A stretch of 64,000 bases of DNA, taken from Gnetum montanum (Eukaryota > Plantae > Gnetophyta). The stretch lies in contig MNCI01001762.1 of the NCBI GenBank assembly GCA_015680685.1, forward strand, positions 1 through 64,000, read 5' to 3'. Position numbers and translations under genes: made by a program. Shown here piece by piece: positions 1-13,899 of this stretch (its first letter is position 1; every line of letters starts with the position of its first letter). Under the pieces are notes generated by a model that was not told where the DNA came from, made no database searches, and worked only from the letters and a program-made list of their open reading frames with translations.

Positions 1-825
1 CAGCCGCCGCGATATCGCATCCCCTGCGATATTGCGTCCGTCCCTACGATATCGCGTACACGATATCGCAGTCTGCCGCCATATCTATAAATAAGAGGTG
101 ACACTCCCTTCATTTCCGAATCCTGGCTAGAAGTAGCTAAGCTCTGGCAATTTGAACACTCCAGAGTTAGATTAATTTCCCATGTGCCCGCAGTAGGAGT
201 CCTAGAGTGAACGGCTCTTTATTCGAGCAACTTTGTAACCTGAACACAAGTTGTGTACGGAAATAAAGACGAACTTGATTGGATAAACCTTGCAGTACAT
301 GGTTTTATTTATTGTTATTTATTGCTTTCCTAGTACACACGAGTACGACTTGATTATGAGCATCTACAGATGTGTACGGCTAATCAAGGAATCAGCTGCT
401 TATCACACTTAGGCTAAATAGGTGCCTCAGTACGACCACTTCGAGCACTTGCGTTACGTGTGGCGATCCCAGTAACGATTAGCGTTTGGTAGCCACAGTT
501 GCATAGTTCAGGGTGTGTCGGGTAAGTGGGAACGGATGCTGACGCTAGTTAATTTAGACTTAGGACATTAGTTAGAGTTAGTTAGTTTCTCAACCCTTTT
601 CCTCATAGCTTAGGAGATAAACTGAAAAATACCAAAAATATCATATACCTCAGACTTGCTTAACCATACATCATGACACATACAAGCCAGCCTGGGAAGA
701 CAATGAATGATTAACCCCAAGCGTTCCTTGTGGCGTTAAGGCATTTAGTCTGCGGAGTTCGACCGGATCGCCCGTACACGCTCATATTCGTATGGTTGAG
801 TGTAGGGGTACCTCGCCACTCATCA
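1..825 (+). mobile_element. 3' part of a comparatively young Athila-like LTR (3' LTR or solo LTR; starts before the window)
   Basis: Ends ...GGTTGAGTGTAGGGGTACCTCGCCACTCATCA at 825, homologous to LTR ends at 52571 (+), 45105 (-) and ~62828 (+). TATAAATA at 86-93. No PBS follows. CpG is intact, unlike the flanks. Confidence 0.75.
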
Positions 826-1184
826 GAGTCCATTGGTGGGCTATCAAGTTTGTTGCACCATGGAAACAAAGAGGTTTGATCATACATTTGGTGGTACCTC
901 CCTTGTGATCTTCATAGTTCATGTTTGTACTTTATGATTTTAGTTTAATTTAATCATTATTTCTCACTCTTGAACTTAAGATTAGAAGTTAGGATGATAA
1001 CTTATGATTTTGCTTATGAGTGATAGTTTAACGCGTATAATTTGATTGGATTTGATCCTAATTATTTTATGTCTTGATGAGGTTTTTGGTTTTGGACCAT
1101 TCCTCAATGGATATGACTTGTGGATTAGTCATAGATAAGGTGACACTCCTACAATGAGGGTAATGTAGCACCAAATTTAGGTTG

Positions 1185-4100
1185 GCTTGTTAAGATGATA
1201 GGGAGTTGTTAATTTATGTTGCACTCCTAAGCAATGCATTAGTTTCCAAAAATTAGCACCTATAAACTGAGTTTTATTATTCGAAATAAGTGCCCTAGGC
1301 ATACCAAATCTATTTACCATATTATGTTAAACAAACCATACTACAATGGAGGATGAATAATCGATGATAGCTATAGCTTCGACTCACTTGGTGTAGTAGT
1401 CAACTGCTATGATAATATATGTCTTCCCATTGGACATCGGATTGATGGATCCCATGAAGTAAATACCCCAGAGGTCAAAAGGCTCTAGTGGTTGGATCCA
1501 CTACTAGGCCCCCTTCATTTCTATGGTCATTCCTCCATCTCTTTGGTAGTGATCACATGTATGGAAAAAATGATTAGCATCCCTAAAGATTAATAGCCAA
1601 ATGTATCCTACCATGAGGATTTTCATCTCCTTTCTCCTCCCTACATAATGGTCCCTGCAAGGACTTTCATAAACATATTAGAGGATCCATAGTTGATCAG
1701 CATTGGGCATGCAACATTCTAACAAGCCATTGACACAAACCCTGTAAAGGTTATCTTTGATCTCCATGTAATGCTTAACTTGGTAAAGAAACTATTATTT
1801 CTTCTTATTGTCCCATTCTTGAGAGTCTCCTAAGTGAGCAAATAAGAGAGGAATTCATTTTACCAATTAGAACCTTCGAGATCTTAAACTTCAACAACTT
1901 TTCAAAGAGAAGTTCATCTGAAAATTGATCAAATAAATACCTCTCATTGTCTTTTTTGTCTCATCATAATTGAGACAAGTGATTAGTGACCATGTTCTTA
2001 GTTCCCTTTCTATCCACCATCATAAGATCAAACTCCTATAGAATCACCAGCCACTATATGACACAGGGCTCACCGCTAGCTTATTCATTAGAAACTTGAT
2101 GGCACTATGGTTTGTTTTCATAAAGATCTAATATCTAAGTACATAATGCTTAAATTTATCTAAGGTGTACACCACCGCCATGAGCTCCTTCTTCATGATG
2201 GTGTGATTCAACTCTGCCTCCACAATGCTTCTACCTATAAAATGAATGTAATAAGTACATTTCTAATTATTAATTATGTAAGCACTACCTCTAATCCATA
2301 ATTGGATGCATCTGTCATGATGTGAAAGAATCTAGACCAATTTGAAGCACATAGAATGGGAGTCTCTACAAGCTTTTGTTTTAATTATTGGAATGCTAGC
2401 TTACATTCATTGGTCTACTTGGAGGGTGTATCCTTTTTTGTTAGCTCTACCAATGACTTAGCAATGCTTGAGGAATTCTTAATGAAACACCGGTAATAAC
2501 TAGTATGCCTAAGGAATGACCTTATATCTTTTAACATTTCAAGTTGTTTGGTAATTTCTTGAATGAATCATACTTTTTTTTGGATCCACTTTGATCCCTT
2601 TTTCTAAAATCTAGTGCTCCAAAACTATGCCTTCATGGACCATCAAGTGGCATTTCTACTAGTTGAGCTTCATATTAGTCTTCACACATTGTTGAACCAC
2701 TTGCTCGAGACTATTCAAGGATTGCTCAAAAGTGGTATCATAGGTAGAGAAGTCATCCATAAAGACTTCTGCTCAACTACCAATCTACTACTAGAAGGTG
2801 CTAAGTACCAAGCATTGGAAAGTAGTAGGAGCATTGTAGAGGTCAAAGGGCATCTTTCTGTATGAAAAAGTTCCCTAAAGAACTTGTAAACATTGTTTTG
2901 GCCTAATCCTCTATCATGATCTAGATATGTTTATAGCCACTATAACCATCCAGAAAGTTCTAGTAGTAATGTCCCATGATGGTGTCCAATACTTGGTCTA
3001 CAAATGACAACAAAAAATGATCCTTGAAGGTTTCCATATTTCATAGCTTGAAATCTATGTAGACTCTCCACTTCCCTTCTTTCATAGGTACAATCACAAA
3101 TGGGTTTATTCCTTTACTATCCTCAATTGGATATATGAACCTGGTCTTAAGAAGATGTTCTACTTCTTCCTTGATAACTTGCTCAAGTTTTGGATTCAAC
3201 CTTCCTTATGGTTGCCTCTCTAGCTTGATGAAAGAGTCTATGTAGATGATGACATATCTATGGGTCTATTTCTATTAGTTTATGATATGACTAGACAAAG
3301 GCTATTGATCATTTGTTCACTACCTTTAGCAGTTGCTTCTTTTGATTGTGAGCAAGGTTGACATTATTAATTATAAACTTAACATTATTAAGAAAAGAAT
3401 ATTCTAGAGTTTATAGTAAAGTTTTCAGTTCAAGGGGCTCCTCCTTGAAGTGATCTAGGATTTCCAACTTTCTCAATTCATTTCATTTTGTGTGTGAGAA
3501 AGTTAACTATGGAGCTTCTCCATTTCATCAATATTCTTCAATCATTCCATGCATATTGTGGATTCAGCTTGATATTTTGATGTCAGTCACTAGGTACCTT
3601 CTTATTTCATGGCTATTTCATAAAAGCACTTTTGAATGACTATTATTTTGACACACTAGATGCATGATTGGATAAAGGTGCCTTTGAATATCCATATTTT
3701 TTACATGTAATGGCACCCTATGCTATTGTATGTGATGCATAGAACCCTCTTTTTCTCTACTTTATCAAATTTATTTTCCTTAGAGATTTCCAACGAAAAG
3801 TCTCTAATCCCTAATGTCCATGGTACTTAGCCAAGCCCTTCTGATAATGATTGGGAAGTCCCCCTTATTACAAGGAGGTCTACAAGATATGATCATCCAA
3901 AGATAATAATTATGATGTCCTCCACTAGCCCCAAAGGAACAATGAGAGATTAATTTGCAAGTTCTGATATGATGTTGCTCTTTTTGAGAGAAGGTGGGTA
4001 CTAGGGCTTGTACATTTCTTGTGATATTAAGTTTATCCTAGTACCTAAATCTAATAGAGCCTTACATTGATCCTTTCTTGCAATCTATAAATAGATAAGG

Positions 4101-4330
4101 GGATTTCTAGGATCAAATCATTTCTTGGAAAGATGGATAGCTTTTATCTAATTGATGACCGTATGGGTCAACATGATGATGTGGCCATTAGAAGACTATT
4201 GTTTTGTAAGCTATTTGATAGTACTTTTAGAGGTAGATGAGGTAGGATTATCAACCATGACTATCTACAAGGGTTTTTGGGGTTGTTTGTTCTAAAGAAT
4301 ATCCTCTTGCAAGGTTTCTATTCAAAATTA
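1185..4330 (-). pseudogene. Athila-like Ty3/Gypsy pol remnant (protease-RT-RNase H-integrase), many stops and frameshifts
   Basis: Manual minus-strand translation gives protease ALLDLGTRINL (~4050), RT EVFMDDF (~2750), RNase H HIMTDASNY and KKELMAVVY, and integrase LEPFDLWGIYFMG...IIAVDYYTK*VEAIA...TTPYH (~1500-1185). Confidence 0.9.
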
Positions 4331-4399
4331 CTTAAATGAATGTTCAGTTGTAAGTTTACTACCCTAATAGTATTTCATTACTATGGCTATGGTGGAATT

Positions 4400-6354
4400 T
4401 CTCCCTACATAGGTGGAGTAGGTGATAAATATTTCTCCCTAAATATTTTTGATAAAATGTATCCTCCCATAAGGATCTTTTTGACTATCCTCCCTTTTAC
4501 ATAGTGTTCCCCACAAGGATCTTCATGAGCATCCTGGAGGACTCTCAAATCATCGTACCAAGCCATCAATGCAAACCTTATAGAGATTACCTTCAGTATC
4601 CATGTAATATTTGATCTATTGAGGAAACTATTGTTTCTTCCTATGATCCCATTTTGTAAGAGTCTCCTACGTGAGTAGATATGAGAGGAACTCATCATTA
4701 TAATTTATGATCCTTGATGCTTAAACTTCTATGGACTTAGCAAAGAGAAGTTTACCTGGAAATTAGTTAGATAAAGACTCTTCCTCATCATTACTATTCC
4801 ATCTTAACTAAGATAATGATTTGCAACTACGTTCTTGTTCTTTTTTCTATCTATCATGGTGAGATCAAATTCCTATAAGATCATCAACCACTGTATAACA
4901 CAGGGACTTACTATTGGTTTATTCATAAGAAAGAGGATTGCACTATGATTTGTATGCACAAAAATTTAATATTCAACCACATAGTGCCTAAATTTTTCTA
5001 AGGCATACACCATTGCCATGAGTTCATTTTCAATGATGGTATGGTTAAGTTGTGTATCCACAACACTCCTACTTGCATTATAGATATAATATAGACATTT
5101 TTTATCATCCATTTATGTAAGCACTACTCCCAAGGCATAGTTAGATGCATCTATTATGATATGGAATGGTTTGGACCAATCTAGGATGCATAAAATTAAA
5201 GTTTGTATGACACTGTGCTTTAAGTGCTTGAATGCTTGTTCACATTCCTTAGTCCATTTAAAGACTGCATCTTTCTTGGTAAGTTCTACCAGCAGTTTAG
5301 TGATTTAAAAGAAATTTTTTATGAAGTACTGATAGTAACCTATATGGCCAAGGAATGATCTCATATCTTTGACTATTTGCAATTATTTGGTTATTCCTTG
5401 GATGACCCTTACTTTTTCAAGATCCACCTCAATCTCTTTCTTTGAAAATTTGTGTCCCAAATCATTGCCATCATAAATCATCAATTGAGCCATAGGTTTG
5501 TTTCTACATATTTTTTGAGTACCTGCTTAAAATAGTCCAATGCTTGATCAAAATTAGTATCATAGGTGGAGAAGTCATCCATGAAGACATCCACACCACT
5601 ACTAATCTGTTGCTAAAAGATACTCAAGACTAGGCATGTGAAGGTTTCAAGAGTGTTATAAAGGATAAAGGATAACCTTTTTATATGCAAAAATCCCCCA
5701 AGAACTTGTGAAAGTTATCTTGACGTGGTCCTCTAGAACAATTTGGATTTGGTTGTAGCTACTATACCCATAAAAAAACTATAGTAATGATGTCTTGTAA
5801 TTATATCTAGTATTTGGTCCACAAATGGTAATAAAAAATGATCCTTAAATGTGGCCATGTTCAACATCCTAAAGTTAATACAAATTCTCCATTATCCTTC
5901 TTTCATTGACACAATAACGAGTGGATTTACCCACTCACTATCTACCATAGGGTAGATGAATCCTACCTTAAGATGTTTTTCAACTTCATTTTGATAACTT
6001 ATTTCAGTTTGGGATTCAACTATCTCTATGGCTGCCTCTTTAGTTTGAAGGTAGAGTTTGTATAGATTTGATGATGGCATATGCACAAATCTATTCTAAC
6101 TAATTCAACATATGACAAGTAAAGGTTGTTAGTTATTTTTTTTTTAACTTTTAGTAGCTTTCCTTTCTATTCTTTAGTAAGGTTGACAATGATGATTACT
6201 AACTTGTCATTACCAAGAAACACATATTCTAAAGTTACTAGTAAAGTTTTAAAATCAAGGAATTTTTGTTTGAAATCATTAGGGATTTCCAATTCTTCCT
6301 AATTCATTTCTATTTTTATGTGAAAGCGTTGACTCTAAATTTTCTCCATTTCAT
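4400..6354 (-). pseudogene. Second Athila-like pol fragment (RT-RNase H-integrase zinc finger)
   Basis: ORF 5892-6086 has GFIYPMVDSEWVNPLVIV; DVFMDDFST lies at ~5575; ORF 4405-4698 has QDAHEDPCGEHY. Colinear homolog of ~1600-3530. Confidence 0.88.
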
Positions 6355-6356
6355 AT

Positions 6357-7863
6357 TGTTATGATAGGAATCATCATAACGAATGGAAAATTGACACAAC
6401 TTACATGATATTAATCCAAGAAGTTCATGACCACTAAACAGTAGAAGAAAAAAAATCTTTTGGATAATCTGCCTCAAATTGAATGGGGATTTGGGGATTG
6501 AAGGACAAATCTAGCAATCCAAGTCAGATGTTTTGCCAACATTAGCAAGTATAAAGTAGAAAGGATTATATGCATAAATTATCCTATAGAAAATGTCTAA
6601 GAAAACGGAAAATGTAGTGTAATATAAAAGCATGATTGGTAGTAAAAATGTTNTGGAAAATGTAGTGTAATATAAAAGCATGATTGGTAGTAAAAATGTT
6701 TAAAACAGCATAGAAAGGAAACAAATCTATCAATGAATGCATGCAAACCAAGAAGAAAAACAAAAATAAAACAAATTTGAAGTAAATATGAGCGAAACCA
6801 AGAACGAAATATCCTAAAATAGAAAATCCAGATTTACAGAAAAAGATAAAGGAAGTTATAAATGTGTGTTTCTAAATGTGTACCAGAGATTGAAGATGTC
6901 TGATGAGGAGCTATGTTATCCCATTCTTATTCTAATGAGTGCTCTGATGTAAATACAATAGGAACAAAAGCAGATCCAAAAGTTGATGATTGCGAAAGAA
7001 AGATCATATTAATGTGTTGATTTGGTTCTCAGTAAATCTTCATGTATCAAAAGGACAACATGAAAGCAATATAATAAAAGAAAGTTGAAATGAATAGAAA
7101 ACCTCTTAGAAGAAAAGTATTGGTAAGCTCTAAGCATCTAAAATTATAGTTGGATGGTTATACATGCCAACCCCTTACATTTAGGGATATTCTCTTATAT
7201 ATAGGCTAAAAATGTTTTGTAGACCATGTAGGAATGATGTAGTGGGATCCACATAATCTTTCAAAGACTTCTTAAAAGTTTTTAAGAGAAGGAATGATGC
7301 AAGGTGTAAAATTGTACATCAAATGTAAAAATTTTGATGTTGAATGTTAAAAGCTAGAGATGAAGTTTGATGTTTGACAATGAAAACAAGTTGAACATAA
7401 GACACTGAAAAATATGATGCAGGATGTCAAAAGTAATTTAACATGAAACGTTAAAATCTGGTAAGTTGATGTTAGACATTGAACATGAAATTGATGTTGG
7501 GCATTGAAACTCTTTTTGAAGATCTGACACTAGAACTCAAAAATAAAATTGATACAAGATGTCAAAGGATTGATGTGGGATGTCAAAACTAAATTTAGAT
7601 GTTAAACATCAAAGAGCTGAAGTAGAATTAGAATCAATGTTGAAGATAACATGAGATACCAAAACTAAGAGTGAAGCCAAAATGACATGGTCAATGATGT
7701 AAAACATCATTTATATTAAGTTGATGATGAAACACTAGAAATGATTATGTAAATGATCTGAGACATCAAATCTAAATTGCTGAAGATGACTTCAAGTGCT
7801 AAAAAATCATAGTATACCCAAGTATTCAACTCAAGATGGAAAAAAGACAAAGTGGGTACAACA
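6357..7863 (-). mobile_element. Probable 3' LTR of Tat-lineage element A
   Basis: Homology of the flanking Athila pol breaks at ~6354. Minus-strand termini are TGTTG(7863)...TAACA(6357). A TATA-like CCTATATATAAG lies at ~7195-7206 (-). The region is downstream of the element A integrase. The PPT is degraded and no partner LTR is seen. Confidence 0.55.
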
Positions 7864-7979
7864 TTGATCATTCTTGATGAATATTATTGAAAAGCTAAAG
7901 AAGAATTCATTAAGACTAGACATGAGCTAAAAATTATCTGTAAGAGGATCTAACAAAGTAAAATAAATAAGGGAGAAAG

Positions 7980-8760
7980 TCTAGGATATTGTCAATACAC
8001 CTACGGTGAAGTGCTATGCTACAGAAATGGGACATGACTAAGTCATAGGAAGTATACAAAAATATAAAAAAAGCATTTCCTAACCCATTTAATTTTCTCA
8101 ATCACATCCTCATTAGAATAAAGTAGAGATACTTGTTTGACCTCACCAATGCATAGTATGAAAAGAGAGAATGATAGAAAAAGAAAGGAAGTTAGTGGAA
8201 AGCAAAAATCATAGAGTAACAAATAGTAAAGAAGCATATTAGGGACATCACCAATACACCAATGGTGGGGTGCTGTGTCACAGAAGTGGAACATAGATAG
8301 ATCCTTAGAGTCAAATTCTTCCTTACCTTACTCATATGCATATTTCATACCCCTTACATCACTCTACACTCAATACACCCTCATTATATTGTGGAAACGA
8401 CACTCATTCAACCTCACTAATGTTAAATATATACAGGAATGGAAATAGATGAGGAGAGGGGATAAGAAGAGAAAGAGAGAAATATAGGATAAAAAGAGTA
8501 GAAATAATAGCATATGAAAGTAGAGAGAAAAAAATTAGGAAGATAAAAGAGTATATCACCCATACATCTATCATGAAGATGATGTTATGCCATAGAAGTG
8601 GGGCATGGCTAAATCTTACATATTGTATGATAAAAAAGGATTTCATATATATGATGAAGTAATCATTACCTATCCTGCTTAATAATACACTCAATCATAC
8701 CCTCACATGAAGCAATGAGATTACAAGTCATTCAAAAACTTCACTAGTTATGTAGAGTAC
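7980..8760. repeat. Degenerate ~260-310 bp repeats in the 3' untranslated region of element A
   Basis: Three copies of a ...ATACA(C/T)C...TGCT(A/G)TG..ACAGAA(A/G)TGG.ACAT.. block at ~7990, ~8250 and ~8560. Confidence 0.6.
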
Positions 8761-8959
8761 ATAGAGTAGAACAAGATAGCTAGCATACAGAAATAGGAAG
8801 AAAATAGCTAAAGAAATAGTGAAAAAGGAGATAGAAAGGGGGAATAGCAAAAGAAAGTATAATAAAAATATAGTTTAATACAAACCTATTATCTCGATGT
8901 AGTAAATATTAAACTGCTATTGGGAGAACACTTGTTCAATCTTGAACAGTCAACAAGTT

Positions 8960-11900
8960 TAATGCAATAGTATGGCTACAATTAGTAGTGCTTAAGAAAA
9001 CTTATATTAATAGGATTTGGAAACTGATTTTCTTTTATATTAAATAGGATATAGGCACCATTCTATATAGATTGAACTATAATAAAAGGATCCTACTAAC
9101 TGGGAAAGAACTTTGTGTCTTTGGAGTTTAGAAAATGGTATAGTACTAGATCACCTTCATGGATATCTCTGACTCGAATGTGTTTGGAGTGATGATGCTA
9201 AATATTTGCTTGATATTCGCACATATGACAAAGAGTAGCTTGCCAATGTTCTTCAAGGAGAACCATTCAACCCATCACATACTATTATTATCTTGATTTG
9301 AACACCAATCATGTAGAGCAACATGGAGAGATGGGATATGAAGCTTAATTGGTAAAATTGCCTCAGAATCATAGGTTAAGAAGTAATGGACATAACCAAT
9401 AGCTATATAGAAAATGATACAACAAATCCAAAGGACATGAGATAGCTTTATATGCTAATTACTTTGGGCTTTATCAACCATGATATGAAGAAAGTGTATG
9501 AGACCTTTATCAGTAGACTTAACTTGCTCATTAGACTGAGGGTAATAAGGTAATGAGAAAGATTTAATGATGTAGTACATGAAGTAAAAATTATCTAACT
9601 CCTTACTTTTGAAATGAGATCTGTTGTTAGTTACAATTTGGAGAGGTACGCCAAAGTGAGCCATGATGTGCGCAAGGATGAAGCAATAGACAATGCTGGA
9701 TTTGGTGGAATGTAAAGGAATGGCTTCTACCCACTTAGTAAAGTATTCCATAGTAGTTAGTATAAATTAATGTCCAACATATGAAGGAGGATTAATGGCA
9801 TCAAATAAATATAAATCCCATTTTTGAAAGGACCATGTGATTTGAGACATGTTGAGCTCTTGTGAAGGAACAAGGATAAGAGAACTATGTCCTTGGTAAG
9901 TATAACATGTTTTAACCAAATGATAAGCATATTTGACTAAGGTTGGTCATCAATACCCTAATGAAATTATGCAAGTAGCTAGGAAGTGTGAACCTAAGTG
10001 TTTGTTACAAACTTTTGAGTGAACTTGATCAAGGACTATCTTAGATTTTGCAAGTCTAAGATAACATAGATGAAATTTAACAAAGAATATTAGGATTTAC
10101 TAATGGAAAATGATGACTCCATTTATGCAAGACATTCTTTTGAGCAGACATAAGGTGACTAGGAGTTTCCCCAGTAGTAAGGTAGTGAAGGATATTAACA
10201 TAATGTTGATCATCATGTTCTACATTGATAGTGCTTACCAATATGTCGAAAGATTCTATAATAGGTGTCAAGTAAATAGACTAAACAAGCTAATCTCACA
10301 TAGTGGGAGGATCATTATTAATGGCTAGAGTTTCCAATGCATTAGCTAGCATGCTCTCAAAATGAGAGATATGGTTGAAAGTATGAGTAGAGAAGGAAAA
10401 GATAAGCTCCTTAGCCACTTGAAGGTAATAAAGTTGGATGGGAAGCTTTGCAATCATAGTCATCATTAACTTGATTTATGATGAGTTGTGAGTCATCATA
10501 AATTGTAATAGTTTTGACTTGATTTTGCAAAGCTAGTAGGAGACCTCTTATGAAGGCCTTGTATTGAACAATATTATTAGTACAAGAAAAATCAAGTTTG
10601 TAAGTTCACTAAAGAACTCATTTGGTATAGATAATGCAGATACAAATTACACTAGATCTGAGGGATGTATGCACTCCATCGAAATAAAGGGTAATATCTG
10701 AATGTTTTATATTAAGTTGTAAACTATGGATAATATTGATTATTTTAGAAGAAGAGATAAATTCAACTATAGATTGATCTTTGATCGAGTGTTGAGATAG
10801 GAAAGAAAGATCAAACTTTATGAGAAAAGTCTTCCATCGAGCTAAGTGATGGTTATCAAAAGGATTTCTGGCCATAACTTTAAGGATGTTACCTTTGCAG
10901 ATGATACAAACCTTAGCATTTAAAAGGTAATGTCTTCACTTTTTTAGAGCAAGATTTTTCAATATCAAAATATATAGTCTCATAATTTGAAAAGAAGTGA
11001 GATATGTACTATACAAGAAGATCAAATTTGTCTTCTCATCATTGAGAGAGCATAGTGGATATGGAATTATTAGACTTTGAAAGATAAAGTTAAAAGGATT
11101 AATCTAATTATGAAGGATGAAGAACATGAAGAGTAGTTAATTCTTCTTTGATAGAATCAAAGATTGTTTAGCTCTCCTCATCCCAAATGAAGGAAGTGGA
11201 TTTATAAAGCAAATAAGTTAAAGAATGAAGATGATTAGTAAGTTTTGAATTGAAATGAGAAATTGATTAAAGATGACCTTGAAGGACATGAATATCTCAA
11301 ATGTTCTTAGCAGGTGCAAGATGTAGAATAACTTTGGCTTTTTTAGGATCAAGAGCTATATCATCTAGACAGATAAGGTAACCCAATATTTTCCTTGTAA
11401 GGACTCCAAAGATGCACTTCTTGCAATTAAGATGAAGGTAAACTTGTTAGATTGACTTAGAACTTGATCTAAGTCAAAATAATGATCGGTAGCTAAGGTA
11501 GACTTGATGGTCAAGTCATTAACATAATTGTTTACATCAAACATCAGGTCATTAAAGATAAAAGTCATGGATCATTGATAAGTAGCTCGAGCATTTTTGA
11601 GATCAAATGACATTTTGACATAATAAAATGTTTTCCGAGTCATAAATGTGGTATAATGTTGGTGCTCTAGATTTATTTGGATTTGATTATAATAAAAAAA
11701 ATCATCCATAATGGATAAAAGAGCATGACCAGCCATGGAATCAGTTAGCTGATCAATGTTAGGCAAAGGAAAGTCATTCTTAAGTGTGACTTTGTTAAGA
11801 TCTCTAAAGTTAATGCAAATGCAAATGCCACCATTCTTCTTGGAAACTATAACCATGTTAGAAATCCAATCAAAATAGTTAATAGGAAAAATGAATAAAA

Positions 11901-12423
11901 TATTAAAGAGTTTTATTATCTCTTTTTTTTATAGTAAGAGCTATAGTAAGATAGATTTTCCTAACCTTTTGTTTGTCAGGCTTAAAACCTTCTTCTAAGA
12001 TGATATTATGTTGAACAAGCTTTGGGTCTAGTCTTGGCATATCACGATATCTTGAGGTGAAAGTAATTAAATGATTCTACAAGGTTACTAAAATAGACTC
12101 TTGAAAGTCTAAAGAAAGAAGGGCACTAAGTTGAAGGGTCTTTTATTTTTACCTTTACAACTTAGCACTAGAAGATTAATCAATTGATTGTTACTTGAAA
12201 GGAGCTCTCAATATAAGAAAAAGAGGTTTGATTAAGGTATGAGCTCATCCTCAATGATATCTAAAGAAGACACAAGAGAATTTGAATTTGATACTAAGTC
12301 AAGAAAACGAACATCTTGAGTTCGACGTACCTAACCTATAAGGTTACACAAGATCAGAGGCCAAAGTAGAGACTTCAGTTAGCAGCCATATTCACTTGGG
12401 CTAGAATCAAAGGGTCATATTTG
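8960..12423 (-). pseudogene. Tat-lineage pol of element A: RT - RNase H - archaeal-type RNase H (aRH) - integrase
   Basis: ORFs 11572-11856 (CINFRDLNKVTLKNDFPLPNIDQL), 11365-11568 (NYVNDLTIKS), 10618-10875 (LARWKTFLIKFDL..TLYFDG, start of aRH; YKLDFSCTNN follows) and 9455-9751 (EYFTKWVEAIPL...PYYPQSNEQV). Confidence 0.92.
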
Positions 12424-13329
12424 CTATTTAGACAAGAGAAAATATCTAAAATAAGCAAGCAACGTCAAAATTCCAAAGATGTGCATCATTTTTGTAGTAT
12501 AAAAAATGATGTAAGGGAAAGAGTTATGCACACAAGCTTTCATTTGTGGCTAGCACTTTTGAAAATTGATGCACAAGCATTTCAAAGTGGCAACACAATA
12601 GGAACACCTAGAAAAGATTACAAGTGGTAGTAGTAGTGGCAACTAAGGGACTAGAGATGGATCTAACAATAGCAAGGAATTGCCTTATCCCTACTTACTC
12701 TCTCCTAGAGCTTAGATGTAAGTTATCCAAACCCCAGTTAAGAATTTTTATCTAATTTTACCATTACTATAGCATTACTATGATAGAAGTTTTAGAATGT
12801 ACCAAGATTTTGAAATATTTAGCTAGGTATTAGATCTTACAACTTGATCTTGACATTGTCTAGTAGTTTAAAGTAGATTTAAGCTAATAATCTGACATTT
12901 TAGTTTGATTTTGTGATGGGGATTGAGAACCCTACTACATTACTTAGGTTTTGCACATTTTTAAAACATTTTTTAGATCTACAATTAGAAATTAAATGCA
13001 TGCATCAATTTCTTAGTTCATTTTGCTAATAAACTAGAGACATGTCAAAATCTAGGGCATTTATGCAAATATTTTTAGTGAAATTTGTCAATATTTGAAT
13101 ATTTAAGGTTGTTGCTATAGTATTTTACACAATGGCATAACTAGGGTAGTGAATTTTGGATATTCATGTAGTTTAAAGCTAAATTTGACAAATGTATTAG
13201 ATAGAACAAGTAAAATTATAACTAAATCGACATTCTCATGAATAAATTTACAATCATTTTCACCAAATTATGAGAAAACACAATTTTTCAGGTTTTTGGC
13301 CTTGAAGAACAAGATGTGGGATGAACTCA

Positions 13330-13620
13330 ACATGAGGTTTTGATGTGGTATAGGTAGAGCATTTTTTCCAAATGCTAAGTGTTGGCGATGTAAGTCAAAA
13401 GTGAATTTCGATGTGAAACATCAAAAGTTGACATTAATGCTATGTTGAAAGTATATGACACCATGTGTCATCAAACTTGACATGAGGTTTTGACATGGTA
13501 GAGGTAGAGCATTTTTTCCAAATGCTAAGTGTTGGCGATGTCATAAGTCAAAAGTAAATTTTGACATGAAACATCAAAAGTTGACAATAATGCTATGTTG
13601 AAAGTACATGACACCATGCA
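13330..13620. repeat. Direct duplication with a 150-bp period
   Basis: ACATGAGGTTTTGA...GGTAGAGCATTTTTTCCAAATGCTAAGTGTTGGCGATGT...ATGACACCATG begins at 13330 and at 13480. Confidence 0.9.
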
Positions 13621-13899
13621 TAAAAAAATAACATATAATGTCAAAGATGTTTTTGCCAAACATTTTTATGTTTTGACACACTACATAGATTTTTTTGATG
13701 TAAGATGTCAAAACTAAGAGTTTCCACTTCGGATTTTTTGCCAAATACCTTAGGGCATGTGATGTGAGATGTCAAAATTAAGTTTGATGCATCACATCAA
13801 AGTAGTATGGAGAAGAAACATAAAGTAGGTAAAGTTTGGATGTGAAGATTTTTGACGTATCTTACTATGCTCTCGATGTATTTTTTTTATTTTTATAAG

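Noticed and set aside
6607-6700. Exact 46-bp direct repeat around the N at 6653
   Set aside because: An identical duplicate flanking a single N in otherwise decayed DNA is most likely an unmerged contig overlap (assembly artefact).
8043-8694. Hydrophobic ORFs suggesting membrane/env proteins (also 43761-44054, 47940-48230)
   Set aside because: These are low-complexity T-rich or A-rich non-coding repeats that translate to F/L/I runs; no conservation was seen.
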